A program made the translations under genes and the position numbers. Positions 28,796-37,967 of a DNA stretch of 64,000 nt are shown in pieces. The first letter of the stretch is position 1; the number at the start of each line of letters is the position of its first letter. The stretch lies in the IMG/VR virus record IMGVR_UViG_3300044630_006877; one strand, 5' to 3'. The notes beneath the pieces were generated by a model, which was not told the origin of the DNA, did no database searches, and saw only the letters and a list, made by a program, of their open reading frames with translations. The DNA comes from an uncultured virus (IMG/VR IMGVR_UViG_3300044630_006877). Its lineage: Duplodnaviria > Heunggongvirae > Uroviricota > Caudoviricetes.

Positions 28796-28937
28796 AAAAT
28801 AAGGACTTTTGTCCCTATTCTTTCATCGTCGTTTGACAGGTCCCAAGTCGTGGTCTTGGTGTACTTTCCTTTCGCCGCAATTATTTAGCTAATTACATTG
28901 GGTCGGGTCGGCACCGCCCTGTGGAGGGTTTTTTGTC

Positions 28938-30587
28938 ATGTCTGTTAATGTTTTTCGCAATAAGTTTTCAGAAGATATCTTTAACTATAAGTATAGGCAC
29001 GAGGGATGTGAAAACTGGGAAAAATTGGCTGCTGTGCTGGTCCAAGATGTCTGTCGGGAGTGGATGACCGCCGACGAAAAAGAGACATTGACGCAAGCTA
29101 TTGCTAGCATGAAGTTTATACCTGGAGGACGATACATATATTATGCTGGCAGAGACATTAAAGCATTTAATAATTGCTATCTGTTGCGAGCAGAATCTGA
29201 CACGCGTGAAGACTGGGCTATGCTTAGCTGGAAAGCTGAAAGCTGCCTGGCTACGGGTGGCGGTATTGGCGTGGATTATTCCATTTATCGCCCCAAGGGT
29301 ACGCCTTTGAAGAGGACGGGCGGGGAGGCCTCCGGCCCTGTCTCTAAGATGAGGATGATTAACGAGATAGGTCGCGAAGTCATGCAGGGCGGTTCCCGAC
29401 GGTCGGCAATTTACGCCTCGTTGAACTGGCAACATCCAGATATCAAGACCTTCCTGTACGCCAAAGACTGGCACTCCATGAAGGTGCCGGGTACGGACAA
29501 GACTATCTGGGACTGCAAGGTAGCCGACTTTAACTACCCAGCCCCCCTAGATATGACCAACATCTCGGCCAATTATGACGACGCCTGGTTGAACTTGCCT
29601 GATCGTCACAAAAACGAGATTTTTCAGATCAACTGTCGTCAGGCTATGGAGACTGGCGAGCCGGGATGGTCGTTCAATTTCGGCGACAAGCAAAACGAGA
29701 CCCTGCGCAACGCTTGCACCGAGGTCACCTCCGAGGATGATTCGGATGTTTGCAACCTTGGCTCCCTCAATATGTCTCGCATTGAGACCGCTGAAGAGTT
29801 CCGTCAGATTGTGGAACTAGCCACGAAGTTCTTGATTTGCGGCACCATGGTGGCGCACCTGCCCTACGCCAAGGTCTACGAGGTGCGGGAGAAGAATCGC
29901 CGACTCGGCCTCGGACTCATGGGCATGCACGAATGGCTGGTTCAACGCGGAAGCCGGTATGAGGTCACCGACGGCCTGCACGAATGGTTGAGCATTTACC
30001 GAGACGAGTCGGACGCTGTCTCCAAATCGTTCTCCGCCCATCTTGGCATCAGCGAACCGGTCGCCAAACGGGCCATCGCCCCCACCGGCTCCATCGGCAT
30101 TCTTGCTGGCACCACGACCGGCATTGAACCGGTGTTTGCGGTGGCCTACAAGCGCCGCTATCTGAAGAACGGCACCCAGTGGCACTATCAGTATGTGGTG
30201 GACAGCGCCGCCAAGGATCTCATCGAGCGATACGGTGTTGATCCAACCAAGATTGAGTCCGCCATCGATCTCGCCAAGGACTACGAGCGACGGCTCAAAT
30301 TCCAGGCTGATACCCAGGACTATGTTGACCAGTCCATTTCGTCGACGATCAACATGCCCAGCTGGGGATCGGAGCTGAACAACGAGGACAAGATCGACGA
30401 TTTTGCCCGAACTCTGTCCAAGTACGCCCCACGCCTGCGTGGCTTCACCGTTTACCCCGACGGCGCCCGTGGTGGCCAGCCTCTGGTCTCCGTTGACTAC
30501 GACGAGGCGGTCAAGCAGCAGGGCGTGGAATACCTTGAGCATGATGTTTGCGTGATCGGCGGCAAGGGCGGTACTTGCGGCAGCTAA
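28938..30587 (+). CDS. nrdJ: ribonucleotide reductase, class II (adenosylcobalamin-dependent)
   Basis: PGGR, NNCY, GGSRRSA, RNACTE...CNLGS, IAPTGS, DQSISSTIN, C-terminal Cys pair; no adjacent NrdB. Confidence 0.85.
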   Translation: MSVNVFRNKFSEDIFNYKYRHEGCENWEKLAAVLVQDVCREWMTADEKETLTQAIASMKFIPGGRYIYYAGRDIKAFNNCYLLRAESDTREDWAMLSWKAESCLATGGGIGVDYSIYRPKGTPLKRTGGEASGPVSKMRMINEIGREVMQGGSRRSAIYASLNWQHPDIKTFLYAKDWHSMKVPGTDKTIWDCKVADFNYPAPLDMTNISANYDDAWLNLPDRHKNEIFQINCRQAMETGEPGWSFNFGDKQNETLRNACTEVTSEDDSDVCNLGSLNMSRIETAEEFRQIVELATKFLICGTMVAHLPYAKVYEVREKNRRLGLGLMGMHEWLVQRGSRYEVTDGLHEWLSIYRDESDAVSKSFSAHLGISEPVAKRAIAPTGSIGILAGTTTGIEPVFAVAYKRRYLKNGTQWHYQYVVDSAAKDLIERYGVDPTKIESAIDLAKDYERRLKFQADTQDYVDQSISSTINMPSWGSELNNEDKIDDFARTLSKYAPRLRGFTVYPDGARGGQPLVSVDYDEAVKQQGVEYLEHDVCVIGGKGGTCGS

Positions 30588-30604
30588 AGCAACATTAAAT
30601 CAAA

Positions 30605-30647
30605 CCACCAGAGGCCCGATCGAGTCATTCGGTCGGGCCTTCTGGTT
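30605..30647 (+). terminator. terminator hairpin after RNR
   Basis: ccagaggcccgatcgag-tca-ttcggtcgggccttctgg. Confidence 0.55.
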
Positions 30648-30684
30648 ACTATCGATAGGATTCAATACCCAAATAGGAATTGCT

Positions 30685-31203
30685 ATGAGCCGCAAGAAAC
30701 GCCCATCGCCCCTTGAGACTTTCATCGCTGAAGTTGAGACCTATGTTAAATCCTTCGATCTTCCAGCCGAATCGATTGAGGTTGTCGACGAAAAGAAGGT
30801 GGATCAGGCCATGAGCGCCATCAGGAATGAGATCGTCAATGTCCTGACCAGGGCATCAGAAGGATACGACGCTCCTGAATCCGCCCGCAACAACGCCAGA
30901 AAAGTCCTCAAGTGGAAAGAAAAGTACGGCAAAGAATGTCGTGGTATGACCGCTGTCGGGTGGGCGAGAGCGCGGGACTTGGGGAACGGATCTAAGCTGT
31001 CAGCGTCGACGGTAAAAAGGATGGCCAGTTTCAACCGCCATCGTGGCAATTATGAGAAAGCCCGCAACAAACCCGAGTCGAAGAGCAAGCCGTGGACTAT
31101 ACCGGCCATTGTGGCTTGGCTCGGGTGGGGCGGAACTTCCGGCGTGGAGTGGGCGATCCGCACCTCCCAGTCGATCCAGAATAAATCCAAGAAGAGGAAG
31201 TAG
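30685..31203 (+). CDS. conserved phage protein (G.ARA..L.....LS..TVKRM.SF.RH...AW.GWGG domain)
   Basis: Motif recalled from head-morphogenesis-associated phage proteins. Confidence 0.6.
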   Translation: MSRKKRPSPLETFIAEVETYVKSFDLPAESIEVVDEKKVDQAMSAIRNEIVNVLTRASEGYDAPESARNNARKVLKWKEKYGKECRGMTAVGWARARDLGNGSKLSASTVKRMASFNRHRGNYEKARNKPESKSKPWTIPAIVAWLGWGGTSGVEWAIRTSQSIQNKSKKRK

Positions 31204-31205
31204 TC

Positions 31206-31919
31206 ATGCACAAGATAGCCTTTATCGTTCCAGCCTCTCAGTCTGCCGACATCAGTGGGTTCCTTGACGCATTGGCAAAGCAGATTGCCAGCAAGAATCC
31301 CGACCTGAATTACGAGGTCGTCGTGATTCGTCAGGCGGAAGAAAAAGCGCTCAATGCTGGCTGGCTGTGCAATGTCGGCGTTCAGGTGACTGACGCCGCC
31401 TACTTTGCCTTCCATTCCCCCGAGCTTACCCCGGGCAAAGACGCCGACTATAGCCTTGAGGACGCTTTCGTCCAGATGGGCGATGTGCAGATCATGCCGA
31501 TGGAAATCTACAGCCAGGTGAACGGGTACTCCAACGAATACCCTGGCACCGATGTCCACATTGGCGACATGTTCAATCGCTGTATTCGTGGCGGCATTTT
31601 CATGACTCGACGGGAAGCCACTTTCCCGCCGTTGACGCAAGATGTCATGGAGCACTTCAACGCCAGCAAACGGGTGAGCACTGCGTATGACCGCTCCAAA
31701 GATGGCTTGAGCAATTTGTTCTACAAGGTCGTTTCCACCAAGCAGCTTGACGCGTGCGCTGGCAAGGAGGTTGTCGTGACCTCCGCCGAACCACCAGCGA
31801 CCACAGAGGCGCCCACCACCACCCAGGCTCCTGTGGTGGTTGAAGCATCGGACACTGAGGAATTTCATACTTTCTGGCGCACGCGAGGGGATGAAGATGG
31901 GACAGAACGAGGGATTTGA
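31206..31919 (+). CDS. GT7 (beta-1,4-galactosyltransferase)-like protein with degenerate catalytic motifs
   Basis: N.GWLCNVG, VNGYSNEY, DGLSNL.YKV present; DVD and WGGEDDD motifs absent. Confidence 0.6.
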   Translation: MHKIAFIVPASQSADISGFLDALAKQIASKNPDLNYEVVVIRQAEEKALNAGWLCNVGVQVTDAAYFAFHSPELTPGKDADYSLEDAFVQMGDVQIMPMEIYSQVNGYSNEYPGTDVHIGDMFNRCIRGGIFMTRREATFPPLTQDVMEHFNASKRVSTAYDRSKDGLSNLFYKVVSTKQLDACAGKEVVVTSAEPPATTEAPTTTQAPVVVEASDTEEFHTFWRTRGDEDGTERGI

Positions 31920-32136
31920 GCTTGGGGATGTTGTCTGTCTAAACAGCGGCTCGCCGCCGATGACCGTCGTCTCGTTCTCAAGCGATGGTGCTCTGGTGTT
32001 GGTCTACGCCGATCTCAATGGCAACATGATGCGGGAAAGCCTACCTCGTCAGGCTGTCAATTTGACCGAATCGCGCTGGTGTATTGATATCACCAATGCG
32101 GATGTCGATTATGATGATGAGGAAGAGGACTACTGA
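31891..32136 (+). CDS. DUF2158/YodC-like protein
   Basis: FELGDVVCLNSGSPPMTV. Confidence 0.7.
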   Translation: MKMGQNEGFELGDVVCLNSGSPPMTVVSFSSDGALVLVYADLNGNMMRESLPRQAVNLTESRWCIDITNADVDYDDEEEDY

Positions 32137-32510
32137 TGCCGACTTACGACTATCGCTGCAATCGCTGCGGTTACGAGTTTGAGCTTTATCAGTCGTTTAA
32201 CGATAAGATCAAGCGCACCTGCCCCGACTGCAAGAAGAAAACGCTCGAGCGTTTGATCGGGTGCGGGCTGGGCGGTTTCTGCCAGCAGGATGCGACCACG
32301 ATCGGCCAGATGGGCGAACGCAACGCCAAGGCTGTCGGCAAATCCAAGATCGAAGAACTTGGGGCGACGAACAAAGAGAACAACAAGAAGGCGCAGCAAC
32401 TGCTGGGCAAAGAGCCTGGCAAAAAGCCGTGGTGGCGCACCACCGACAAGCCTCTCGACCTCAAAAAAATCAAGAATGTCAAAAAGTATATTGAAGAAGG
32501 GAAAGGCTGA
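32136..32510 (+). CDS. FmdB-family zinc-ribbon protein
   Basis: MPTYDYRC..CG..FE..Q.F......CP.C....L.RLI. Confidence 0.85.
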   Translation: MPTYDYRCNRCGYEFELYQSFNDKIKRTCPDCKKKTLERLIGCGLGGFCQQDATTIGQMGERNAKAVGKSKIEELGATNKENNKKAQQLLGKEPGKKPWWRTTDKPLDLKKIKNVKKYIEEGKG

Positions 32511-32725
32511 TGTCTAGCGTCCCCAACGATCCCACAAACCCGCACATAGCCGTGATCTATATTTTTTCCGAGGTTCACGAGAGGTTGCCGGATGGTTCGG
32601 CCTCTGGTAATCCCGTGGAAAAGAAGAGAATGACTCTTCACCTAAAGGGTGTCGACAGATGGACTTGTGAGCGCCGATTGAACGAGGCCATTGAGGAGCT
32701 GATGAAATGCTGCGCGACGTCGTGA
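32510..32725 (+). CDS. hypothetical protein
   Basis: TGATG-coupled ORF. Confidence 0.5.
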   Translation: MSSVPNDPTNPHIAVIYIFSEVHERLPDGSASGNPVEKKRMTLHLKGVDRWTCERRLNEAIEELMKCCATS

Positions 32726-33039
32726 ACACGCAAACCCCCACCAAATTCGGTTTTCAGGATGGCGGCCATGTGATCCTGGAATGCTCCAGCTGCAACAAGC
32801 CGCTGGTAGATGTCTGGTCGGTGCAGCCAGACCAACCGTTTGAATGGAAAGTCAAAGCCAAGTGCTGCTACTGCGGCGACTCCTCCTTTCAAAAAGAAGT
32901 GAAGGGGCTGTTCAGGTATTCAGGAGCGCAGAAGCCCAGCGACACCGACACGGAAGACACGACCCTGGTCACGCAGGTCACGCACCTTGAGGCCAACGGT
33001 CAGGACGTGCTCTTTTACACGGCGCCAGGGGAGAAATGA
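32707..33039 (+). CDS. zinc-binding hypothetical protein
   Basis: CSSCNK...CCYCGD. Confidence 0.55.
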   Translation: MLRDVVNTQTPTKFGFQDGGHVILECSSCNKPLVDVWSVQPDQPFEWKVKAKCCYCGDSSFQKEVKGLFRYSGAQKPSDTDTEDTTLVTQVTHLEANGQDVLFYTAPGEK

Positions 33040-33404
33040 TGGCACGCATAAGTGACGAGGCTAAGAAATTCCTCGAGCAAAAAGCCAATCCGATCAAGGT
33101 GGTTTCCTACGACAAGAAGGCCAATCCGATCGACTCGGAAAATCACGGGTGTGTTGCGCGTATCACCATACATGAGAAGACAGGCCTTGAGAAATGCGAG
33201 GTGCGCGTCTGCACCCGCGGTATCGACTCCGGCCTGTTCTTCAATCCCCTCTCGCACCATCACGATGAGCTTGTCCGGTTCGACAGCCACACCGGCAAGA
33301 TGCGTTTTTGTTGGCGGGAAGTGAACAGGACTTCTTTCGACCAGTATGTCCAGTTTTTGCAAAACGAGAACCAGGCCATGTTGCGCATGGCCCAGAGGAG
33401 CTGA
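33036..33404 (+). CDS. hypothetical protein
   Basis: Coupled ORF. Confidence 0.55.
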   Translation: MMARISDEAKKFLEQKANPIKVVSYDKKANPIDSENHGCVARITIHEKTGLEKCEVRVCTRGIDSGLFFNPLSHHHDELVRFDSHTGKMRFCWREVNRTSFDQYVQFLQNENQAMLRMAQRS

Positions 33405-33406
33405 TC

Positions 33407-33712
33407 ATGGCTAAGAAAAAAGTGGAAAGCAAGACTCTGTCCAAGGCCGAACAATACTATCTGGAATCTCTGGTGGGTCTGAAGGGCCTCGCCGAAGTCG
33501 CAGAAGATCTCGGATGCCAACCCGAGGAAATTGCCGACGCCTACAAGAAAGCCAAGGCTAAGTCGTCAGGCAAGTTTGGTCGCCCCTCCCAAGGCGTCAC
33601 GGTGATGACCGAAGCCGCCGCCATCGAGGGGGACGAACACGGCAAGGCTAGTCGCGCTGGCAACAAATTCATGACCCGCTACGCCAAGGATCTCTACCGA
33701 GGTGAGGCATGA
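33407..33712 (+). CDS. hypothetical protein, HTH-like
   Basis: LAEVAEDLG; GVTVMTEAA. Confidence 0.55.
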   Translation: MAKKKVESKTLSKAEQYYLESLVGLKGLAEVAEDLGCQPEEIADAYKKAKAKSSGKFGRPSQGVTVMTEAAAIEGDEHGKASRAGNKFMTRYAKDLYRGEA

Positions 33713-34119
33713 TTTGGGGAACATTGGAGCAGGTATTGGCCAATGTCACGCTAGATCGCAGTTTTCTCCTGGTCGAACTGGACGATGGTAGTTTTGCTGT
33801 CGTCGAAGGCACCAATGAAGACTGGGAAAAGCTATCTAATATATCACAAAAGATTACAAAAGTTTGTGTGCGATTTAGATCGTCACGACTGGAATTGAGT
33901 CCACACAACGCCAAGGGTTATTTCTTCCGGCCTGGGGTGGGAGCTTCGCTGTCGGCGCAAATTCAACAGTACAACCTGTTTGTTATTGGGCACCTTGAGG
34001 AAGATGGGGAAACTGTACAAACCTTCACTGTGGTTGTTCCCGAGCTTTTAGTCGTGAATTCTGACCGGCGTAGTCGTTATGACCAAGAAACTGTCGGTTC
34101 GTCCTTGATAACATCCTAG
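33709..34119 (+). CDS. hypothetical protein
   Basis: ATGA-coupled ORF. Confidence 0.55.
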   Translation: MIWGTLEQVLANVTLDRSFLLVELDDGSFAVVEGTNEDWEKLSNISQKITKVCVRFRSSRLELSPHNAKGYFFRPGVGASLSAQIQQYNLFVIGHLEEDGETVQTFTVVVPELLVVNSDRRSRYDQETVGSSLITS

Positions 34120-34153
34120 TTATCCGCCTATGCTCTCACCTGAGGGGTGGGAA

Positions 34154-34609
34154 ATGGCAAAGCAAGCTTCTGAGCATAGTCGTTACGAAAGCCGTTACGG
34201 TGGTGGATGGGTTGCGCCGCAACAAATCCTTGCCGAGGTTATGTGCGAACGACAAGCAGCCAAAGAAAAGACTTCCTTGCCAGCCAAATTCTGGGAGTTG
34301 CCACGCTGGAAGAAAACATTTCTTCACCAGCTTAGATTGGCCCTCAAGCTTTTGGAAAAATATCACCCTTCTGTCGTGTCGAGAGCCATCCGTTCACAGG
34401 CTGGCAAAAAGATATTTTCTTTTGGCGCTCCTTTTTTTAAGGATGCTCTGGCCCAAGAGCAGGAAAAATACGATGCGGAAATAGCCAATTTGGCCGTCTC
34501 CCCGCCGCCACCGCCGGTCGAACCGAGCATCGACGCAGAGAAACCAAGACCAGACTTTACCCCCCGTCGTTCTTTACGCAGCAAGTTGGAGGATTTTGAG
34601 CGTGAGTAA
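34154..34609 (+). CDS. hypothetical protein upstream of recA
   Basis: ORF overlapping the recA start. Confidence 0.55.
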   Translation: MAKQASEHSRYESRYGGGWVAPQQILAEVMCERQAAKEKTSLPAKFWELPRWKKTFLHQLRLALKLLEKYHPSVVSRAIRSQAGKKIFSFGAPFFKDALAQEQEKYDAEIANLAVSPPPPPVEPSIDAEKPRPDFTPRRSLRSKLEDFERE

Positions 34610-36701
34610 AAGCAAGCAGGAAAATCAAACCCAAGAAACGCAACTACAGAAAGAGCTGATCAAGCAATATGGCGAGGGGGTGTCTGTCTCTGCGCGCGAA
34701 ATGCTTGAGGAAGAAAGCTTCAAGAAGATGGTCGTGCCTGTCGGCCCAGCATTGAATGTGGGTCTGCATGGCGGCATACCAGAGGGGTCGTGGATCACTT
34801 GTTCAGGCCAGCCAAAAACCGGAAAGGAGCAGCCCGTCTCCGCAACCACCTACACGCCGAGCGGCCCCCGCAGGATTGGCGACCTGAAGGTCGGCGATGC
34901 GGTTTGTCATCCAGATGGTAACGCGGCGACTGTCGTTGGCGTTTTTCCACAAGGCATCAAGCCAGTTTACAGGGTCACTTTTGACAACGGCGATACGGCT
35001 GAGTGCGGCCTTGAGCACCTCTGGGAAGTCTCCGCAAGGTTTCGCAAGAATGCTGAGGTCATATCGCTCAAAGAATTCAAGGATGATCTTTACTACAAAG
35101 AAAAGAACAATCGGTGGGGGCAGAGACCGAAGTGGCATGTCCGTTTAAACAGCCCTGTTTTCTTTAATTCTCGTCCCGTGCCTGTCCATCCCTATGTTGT
35201 CGGGCTGATGCTGGGCAATGGGCACATGGGTGAAAAGCAGCTATATTTTTCCGCGTTCGACCGGGAGCTGGCTGTCGCTGTCGCCGATCATGCTGGCTGC
35301 GATATCTCCGCTGTCAAATCCAACAATCACGATTACCGCTTGACCGGAGCCAAACAGCTCAAGACAGCCCTCAAGCGTTTGGGCCTGATCGGCAGGAAAT
35401 CTCATACCAAGTATGTGCCGGATTGCTACCTGTACAACTCCGTCGAGGTGCGCCAGGCTGTGTTGCAGGGGCTGATGGACACCGACGGCACGGTTGACAA
35501 GGCGGGCGGCGCAGAGTTCACCAGCGTGTCTCAGGCTCTGGCCGATCAGGTCAAATGGCTGGTGCAGTCGTTGGGAGGCTTGTGCTCGATAAGGGCTTGC
35601 AGGCGCATCTTGAACGGAAAGCTTTTCAGGTCGTACCGCTGTCATATCCGCATGGTCGACATGTCTATGATTTTCCGCTTGCCACGGAAAAAGAACCGCT
35701 GCCAAAAGCGCACCTTCAGCATGACTCGCAGGATAGTCGCCGTCGATTATCTGCGTGACGAGCATTCTGTCTGCATCAAGATCGACCGTGAAGACGGGCT
35801 TTACCTTACCGATCATTTCATCGTCACCCACAACACTTCAACGGCCCTGTCCTTTGCCGCCCAGTGTCAGAAGCCGGAGTATGGTGGCCGTCATGTCTAC
35901 TACTTGAATATTGAAGGTCGTCTCAAGGAGATGAATCTGAAGGGTACTGCGGGACTCAATCTGGATAAGTTCACCATTTTCCGATCCACGCCAGACCGCA
36001 TACTCTCGGCCAAAGACTATCTGACTCTGGCAATGAAATGCATCAACACCGACCCCGGCTGCTTGGTGATCATCGATTCGGTCTCTGCCTTGTGTGACGA
36101 GAAGGAAATGGACGAAGGCGTCGGCTACGAGAATCGTGGCGCTGGCAACAAGATTTTTGCCGGTTTCTGTCGGCAAGCATCCAATGTTGTTCCAGTTCGC
36201 AATTGCTTTGTCTGGGCGATCTTGCATCTCACCCAGTCGCAGGGCATGTATGGCGGCTTTGTCGAAAAGGGCAGTCGCACATTGCAATATCAAGCCGATG
36301 TCCAGATGCGCGTGAAGTTTGATCGCGCCTGGAAGGTCGGGTCTGGAGGCAATGAAAAACAAATCGGCCAGCAGGTTCACTGGCTGATTGAGTCCTGCGC
36401 TCTCGGCCCGCCCCAGATGGAGGTGGACAGCTACATCCGCTACGGAATTGGTATCGACAATGTCTACGAGGCTATCAATCTTGGCGCCCAACTTGGTCTG
36501 ATTGGCAAGGCCGGGGCGTGGATGACCCTCGATTACATGGAGCGGCACTTGAGCCTGATGGGCGTCGACAAATGGAATGATGAGGCGGTCAAAAGAGTCA
36601 AGACCCAGGGGGCTGAAAAGCTGTACAAGCTGCTTCAGGACAATCCTTTGTGGATCGCCGCTCTGGAGTCCGAAATCAACACCATGCTGCGCCCGTCATG
36701 A
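34596..36701 (+). CDS. recA: RecA/UvsX-like recombinase containing an intein
   Basis: GGIPEG...GQPKTGK|T Walker A split by the intein; NIEGR; IIDSVSAL Walker B; KAGAW. Confidence 0.9.
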   Translation: MSVSKSKQENQTQETQLQKELIKQYGEGVSVSAREMLEEESFKKMVVPVGPALNVGLHGGIPEGSWITCSGQPKTGKEQPVSATTYTPSGPRRIGDLKVGDAVCHPDGNAATVVGVFPQGIKPVYRVTFDNGDTAECGLEHLWEVSARFRKNAEVISLKEFKDDLYYKEKNNRWGQRPKWHVRLNSPVFFNSRPVPVHPYVVGLMLGNGHMGEKQLYFSAFDRELAVAVADHAGCDISAVKSNNHDYRLTGAKQLKTALKRLGLIGRKSHTKYVPDCYLYNSVEVRQAVLQGLMDTDGTVDKAGGAEFTSVSQALADQVKWLVQSLGGLCSIRACRRILNGKLFRSYRCHIRMVDMSMIFRLPRKKNRCQKRTFSMTRRIVAVDYLRDEHSVCIKIDREDGLYLTDHFIVTHNTSTALSFAAQCQKPEYGGRHVYYLNIEGRLKEMNLKGTAGLNLDKFTIFRSTPDRILSAKDYLTLAMKCINTDPGCLVIIDSVSALCDEKEMDEGVGYENRGAGNKIFAGFCRQASNVVPVRNCFVWAILHLTQSQGMYGGFVEKGSRTLQYQADVQMRVKFDRAWKVGSGGNEKQIGQQVHWLIESCALGPPQMEVDSYIRYGIGIDNVYEAINLGAQLGLIGKAGAWMTLDYMERHLSLMGVDKWNDEAVKRVKTQGAEKLYKLLQDNPLWIAALESEINTMLRPS
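34827..35834 (+). mobile_element. class 3 intein (336 aa) with LAGLIDADG homing endonuclease
   Basis: Starts EQP; block B CGLEHLW; LAGLIDADG-like GLMLGNG and GLMDTDG; block F VCIKID; block G IVTHN followed by T(+1). Confidence 0.85.
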
Positions 36702-37102
36702 AAGTAAAAGGGCTTGATGGCAGGACCTACACCTGGTCCTTCACGGGAAGATCGCACTCTGGGGCCGAGACAGCCCCGACCCGTTCTGGCCTGCACGGTA
36801 GGACAAGATCCTTGCTGCGGAAGATTTATCCTGTCGATCGGATCATGGAGGAGGTCGGTCTGCCCGGCTCAAATGGGTTGAGGGTGGATTTTTATCTCCC
36901 CCTCCGCAACTTGGTGGTTGAGGCGCACGGCGAGCAGCACTATCGTTTTGTGGCCCACTTTCATGGCACCCTGATGGGGTTCCTTGAATCCAAAGCCAGA
37001 GACCAGAAGAAAATAGAGTGGTGCCTTTTGAACGGCATTCAGGTTATTGAGTTGCCACACAATGAGGAGGATGAGCAATGGGAGAAGAGGTTGAGGCAGT
37101 GA
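36698..37102 (+). CDS. PD-(D/E)XK / Vsr-like endonuclease
   Basis: VDFYLP...VVEAHGEQHY...RDQKKIEWC. Confidence 0.75.
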   Translation: MKVKGLDGRTYTWSFTGRSHSGAETAPTRSGLHGRTRSLLRKIYPVDRIMEEVGLPGSNGLRVDFYLPLRNLVVEAHGEQHYRFVAHFHGTLMGFLESKARDQKKIEWCLLNGIQVIELPHNEEDEQWEKRLRQ

Positions 37103-37548
37103 AGTCTGCTTCTCAGTCTGCCGACGAGATGCTGGACAATTACGAGAAGATGGTTTTGCCCGGCGAAGATACTGGGGCGATGCGGTACATCAACGCCTCT
37201 CAGCATGAATTGAATGCGATGTCCGCCGGGGAGTGCAATGAGGCCGCCGTCATGCTGGTCGGTCTGGCCTTCCATGTGGCCAAGGCCTGCAACAAGCTGC
37301 GCGCAAAAATTCGCTATTGCAACGAAGCCATTCTCAAGTGTATCGCTAGCAAAACGGCGAACCACAGATACAACTCGCCAGACGAGAGGAAGGCTTTGGC
37401 CATTCAGGAGGACGACTTTGCCAGCAATATGAAAAGGCAGGAGGTTTCTCTGTCTTGTCGGCTGGAAAGGATCGACTATTTGTCGCTTCGGCTTGAAAAA
37501 ATAGCCGATATGTATGCATCTTTGGCAGCAACCAAACGGAGACAGTAA
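37078..37548 (+). CDS. helical hypothetical protein, possibly a recombination mediator
   Basis: Position between recA and dnaB; coiled coil; function is a guess. Confidence 0.5.
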   Translation: MGEEVEAVKSASQSADEMLDNYEKMVLPGEDTGAMRYINASQHELNAMSAGECNEAAVMLVGLAFHVAKACNKLRAKIRYCNEAILKCIASKTANHRYNSPDERKALAIQEDDFASNMKRQEVSLSCRLERIDYLSLRLEKIADMYASLAATKRRQ

Positions 37549-37967
37549 TGAGAGACAAGGATCTTTTGAAAAAGATGGCTATGGCCATGGCTTCTGAAGA
37601 CTGGGCGACGGTTGCTCAGGTGGCTTCACAGATGGCTGGCGGAGACGCGGACCCGCCCGCATCCGAGGCAAAGAAAACGGCCAAGGCCAAGAAGACGGCG
37701 AAGGTGGTGGAGAAGCCAGCGTCAACGTCAACCAATCAGTTCAAGGATGATTTGTCCTTGGAGAAAGTGCATATCGCAACGGACAAGAAGCTGAACAAGA
37801 AGATCCGTCCGGCAGCCCGCAGGCCTCCGTCTCAAAACCTGAGGATGGTTGATGTTGTCTGTCCGAAGTGCAGCAAGTCTCACCAGGTTACTGCGATACA
37901 GGCCTCGATGCGACGAGAAATTGATTCCGGGGTGGTCTGTGCTGGTTGTCTGAGGAGGGGGAGATGA
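37548..37967 (+). CDS. hypothetical protein with C-terminal zinc ribbon
   Basis: CPKC...CAGC. Confidence 0.55.
   Translation: MRDKDLLKKMAMAMASEDWATVAQVASQMAGGDADPPASEAKKTAKAKKTAKVVEKPASTSTNQFKDDLSLEKVHIATDKKLNKKIRPAARRPPSQNLRMVDVVCPKCSKSHQVTAIQASMRREIDSGVVCAGCLRRGR

Noticed and set aside
28796..28937. Cobalamin riboswitch or NrdR box before the class II RNR
   Set aside because: No B12-box or NrdR consensus could be recognised
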